Below are positions 63,700-64,000 of a stretch of 64,000 nt of DNA, one piece after another (positions within the stretch are counted from its first letter, which is position 1; the number at the start of each line of letters is the position of its first letter). A program made the translations under genes and the position numbers. This DNA comes from Laetmonice hystrix. Its lineage: Eukaryota. Location: NCBI GenBank assembly GCA_965235115.1, contig OZ249436.1, positions 57,226,001 to 57,290,000 of the forward strand, in the 5' to 3' direction. The notes beneath the pieces are model-generated. The model was not told where the DNA came from, ran no database searches, and was given only the letters and a program-made list of their open reading frames with translations.

Positions 63700-63800
63700 C
63701 TAGTCTGATGGCAGCGTCATGTCCCCCAGTGACGTGCGATTTGGGACTCTGGTGTACAGAAGTGGGTGGTCGGTCACCATAGTAATATCACCGAGTATAG
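63700..63800 (-). mobile_element. Gypsy RNase H relic
   Basis: ILGDITMVTDHPLL, cf. YLLGxxFxxxTDHxPL. Confidence 0.5.
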
Positions 63801-64000
63801 ATCTACACCTCCTGGTACGTTGAATAGACTGCCTAATGGTAATGTGGCAGGCCTTTGATTCTACAGGGACCTTTAGCAGACGATTTCTCCCTGTGTCTTC
63901 TGAGATTCGAAGCGGGTAATTTAATTATTTGCAGTGAACTTCATTCAAAAGATTTCTACCGTGAGAACTTGATCTTGGATCACGAGGTTACATCTCGACT

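Larger units (their letters stand above)
9235..64000 (+). ncRNA. Candidate uni-strand piRNA cluster / antisense-TE field (possibly within a giant intron); extends beyond the window
   Basis: 42 listed retrotransposon pol motif matches on - versus 1 on +, no ORF over 150 aa, downstream of a + oriented promoter and exon. No RNA evidence is available. Confidence 0.5.

Noticed and set aside
9235-64000. Integrated large DNA virus / Polinton
   Set aside because: No long ORFs and no DNA polymerase, capsid, ATPase or terminase motifs recognised; all recognisable motifs are retrotransposon pol

Overview
Eukaryotic genomic DNA from an intron-containing, AT-rich genome. Recurrent TACATGTA/TAGGCCTA palindromes and poly-G-tailed MITEs suggest a marine invertebrate (inference only). 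Bases 1-5574 hold the last 12 coding exons of UBE4A (UFD2-family U-box ligase) on the + strand. All splice junctions are GT-AG, all phases join, introns are short and I saw no TE remnants in them. After a spacer with a SINE remnant and G/C-tract MITEs, a GC-rich promoter-like segment (~8880-9156) carries four MYB-consensus sites plus E2F, CCAAT and ETS motifs, followed by a 26-codon first-exon-like ORF ending in a strong donor (9157-9234). The remaining ~55 kb, which runs off the window end, has no ORF over 150 aa. It is a dense mosaic of short, heavily decayed retrotransposon pol snippets: Gypsy RT/RNase H/integrase, BEL/Pao integrase, and LINE APE/RT. By hand translation I list 42 motif-level matches on the - strand against 1 on the + strand, so almost all are antisense to a + transcript from that promoter. 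The best interpretation is a uni-strand, flamenco-like piRNA cluster or transposon-snippet library, possibly inside a giant intron with a candidate recursive splice site at 60104/60105. Caveats: motifs were matched by eye to remembered consensus sequences, several are weak, TE boundaries are approximate, and once I saw the bias I searched the - strand harder than the + strand. Most ORFs in the supplied track are spurious or are frameshifted pieces of these relics.
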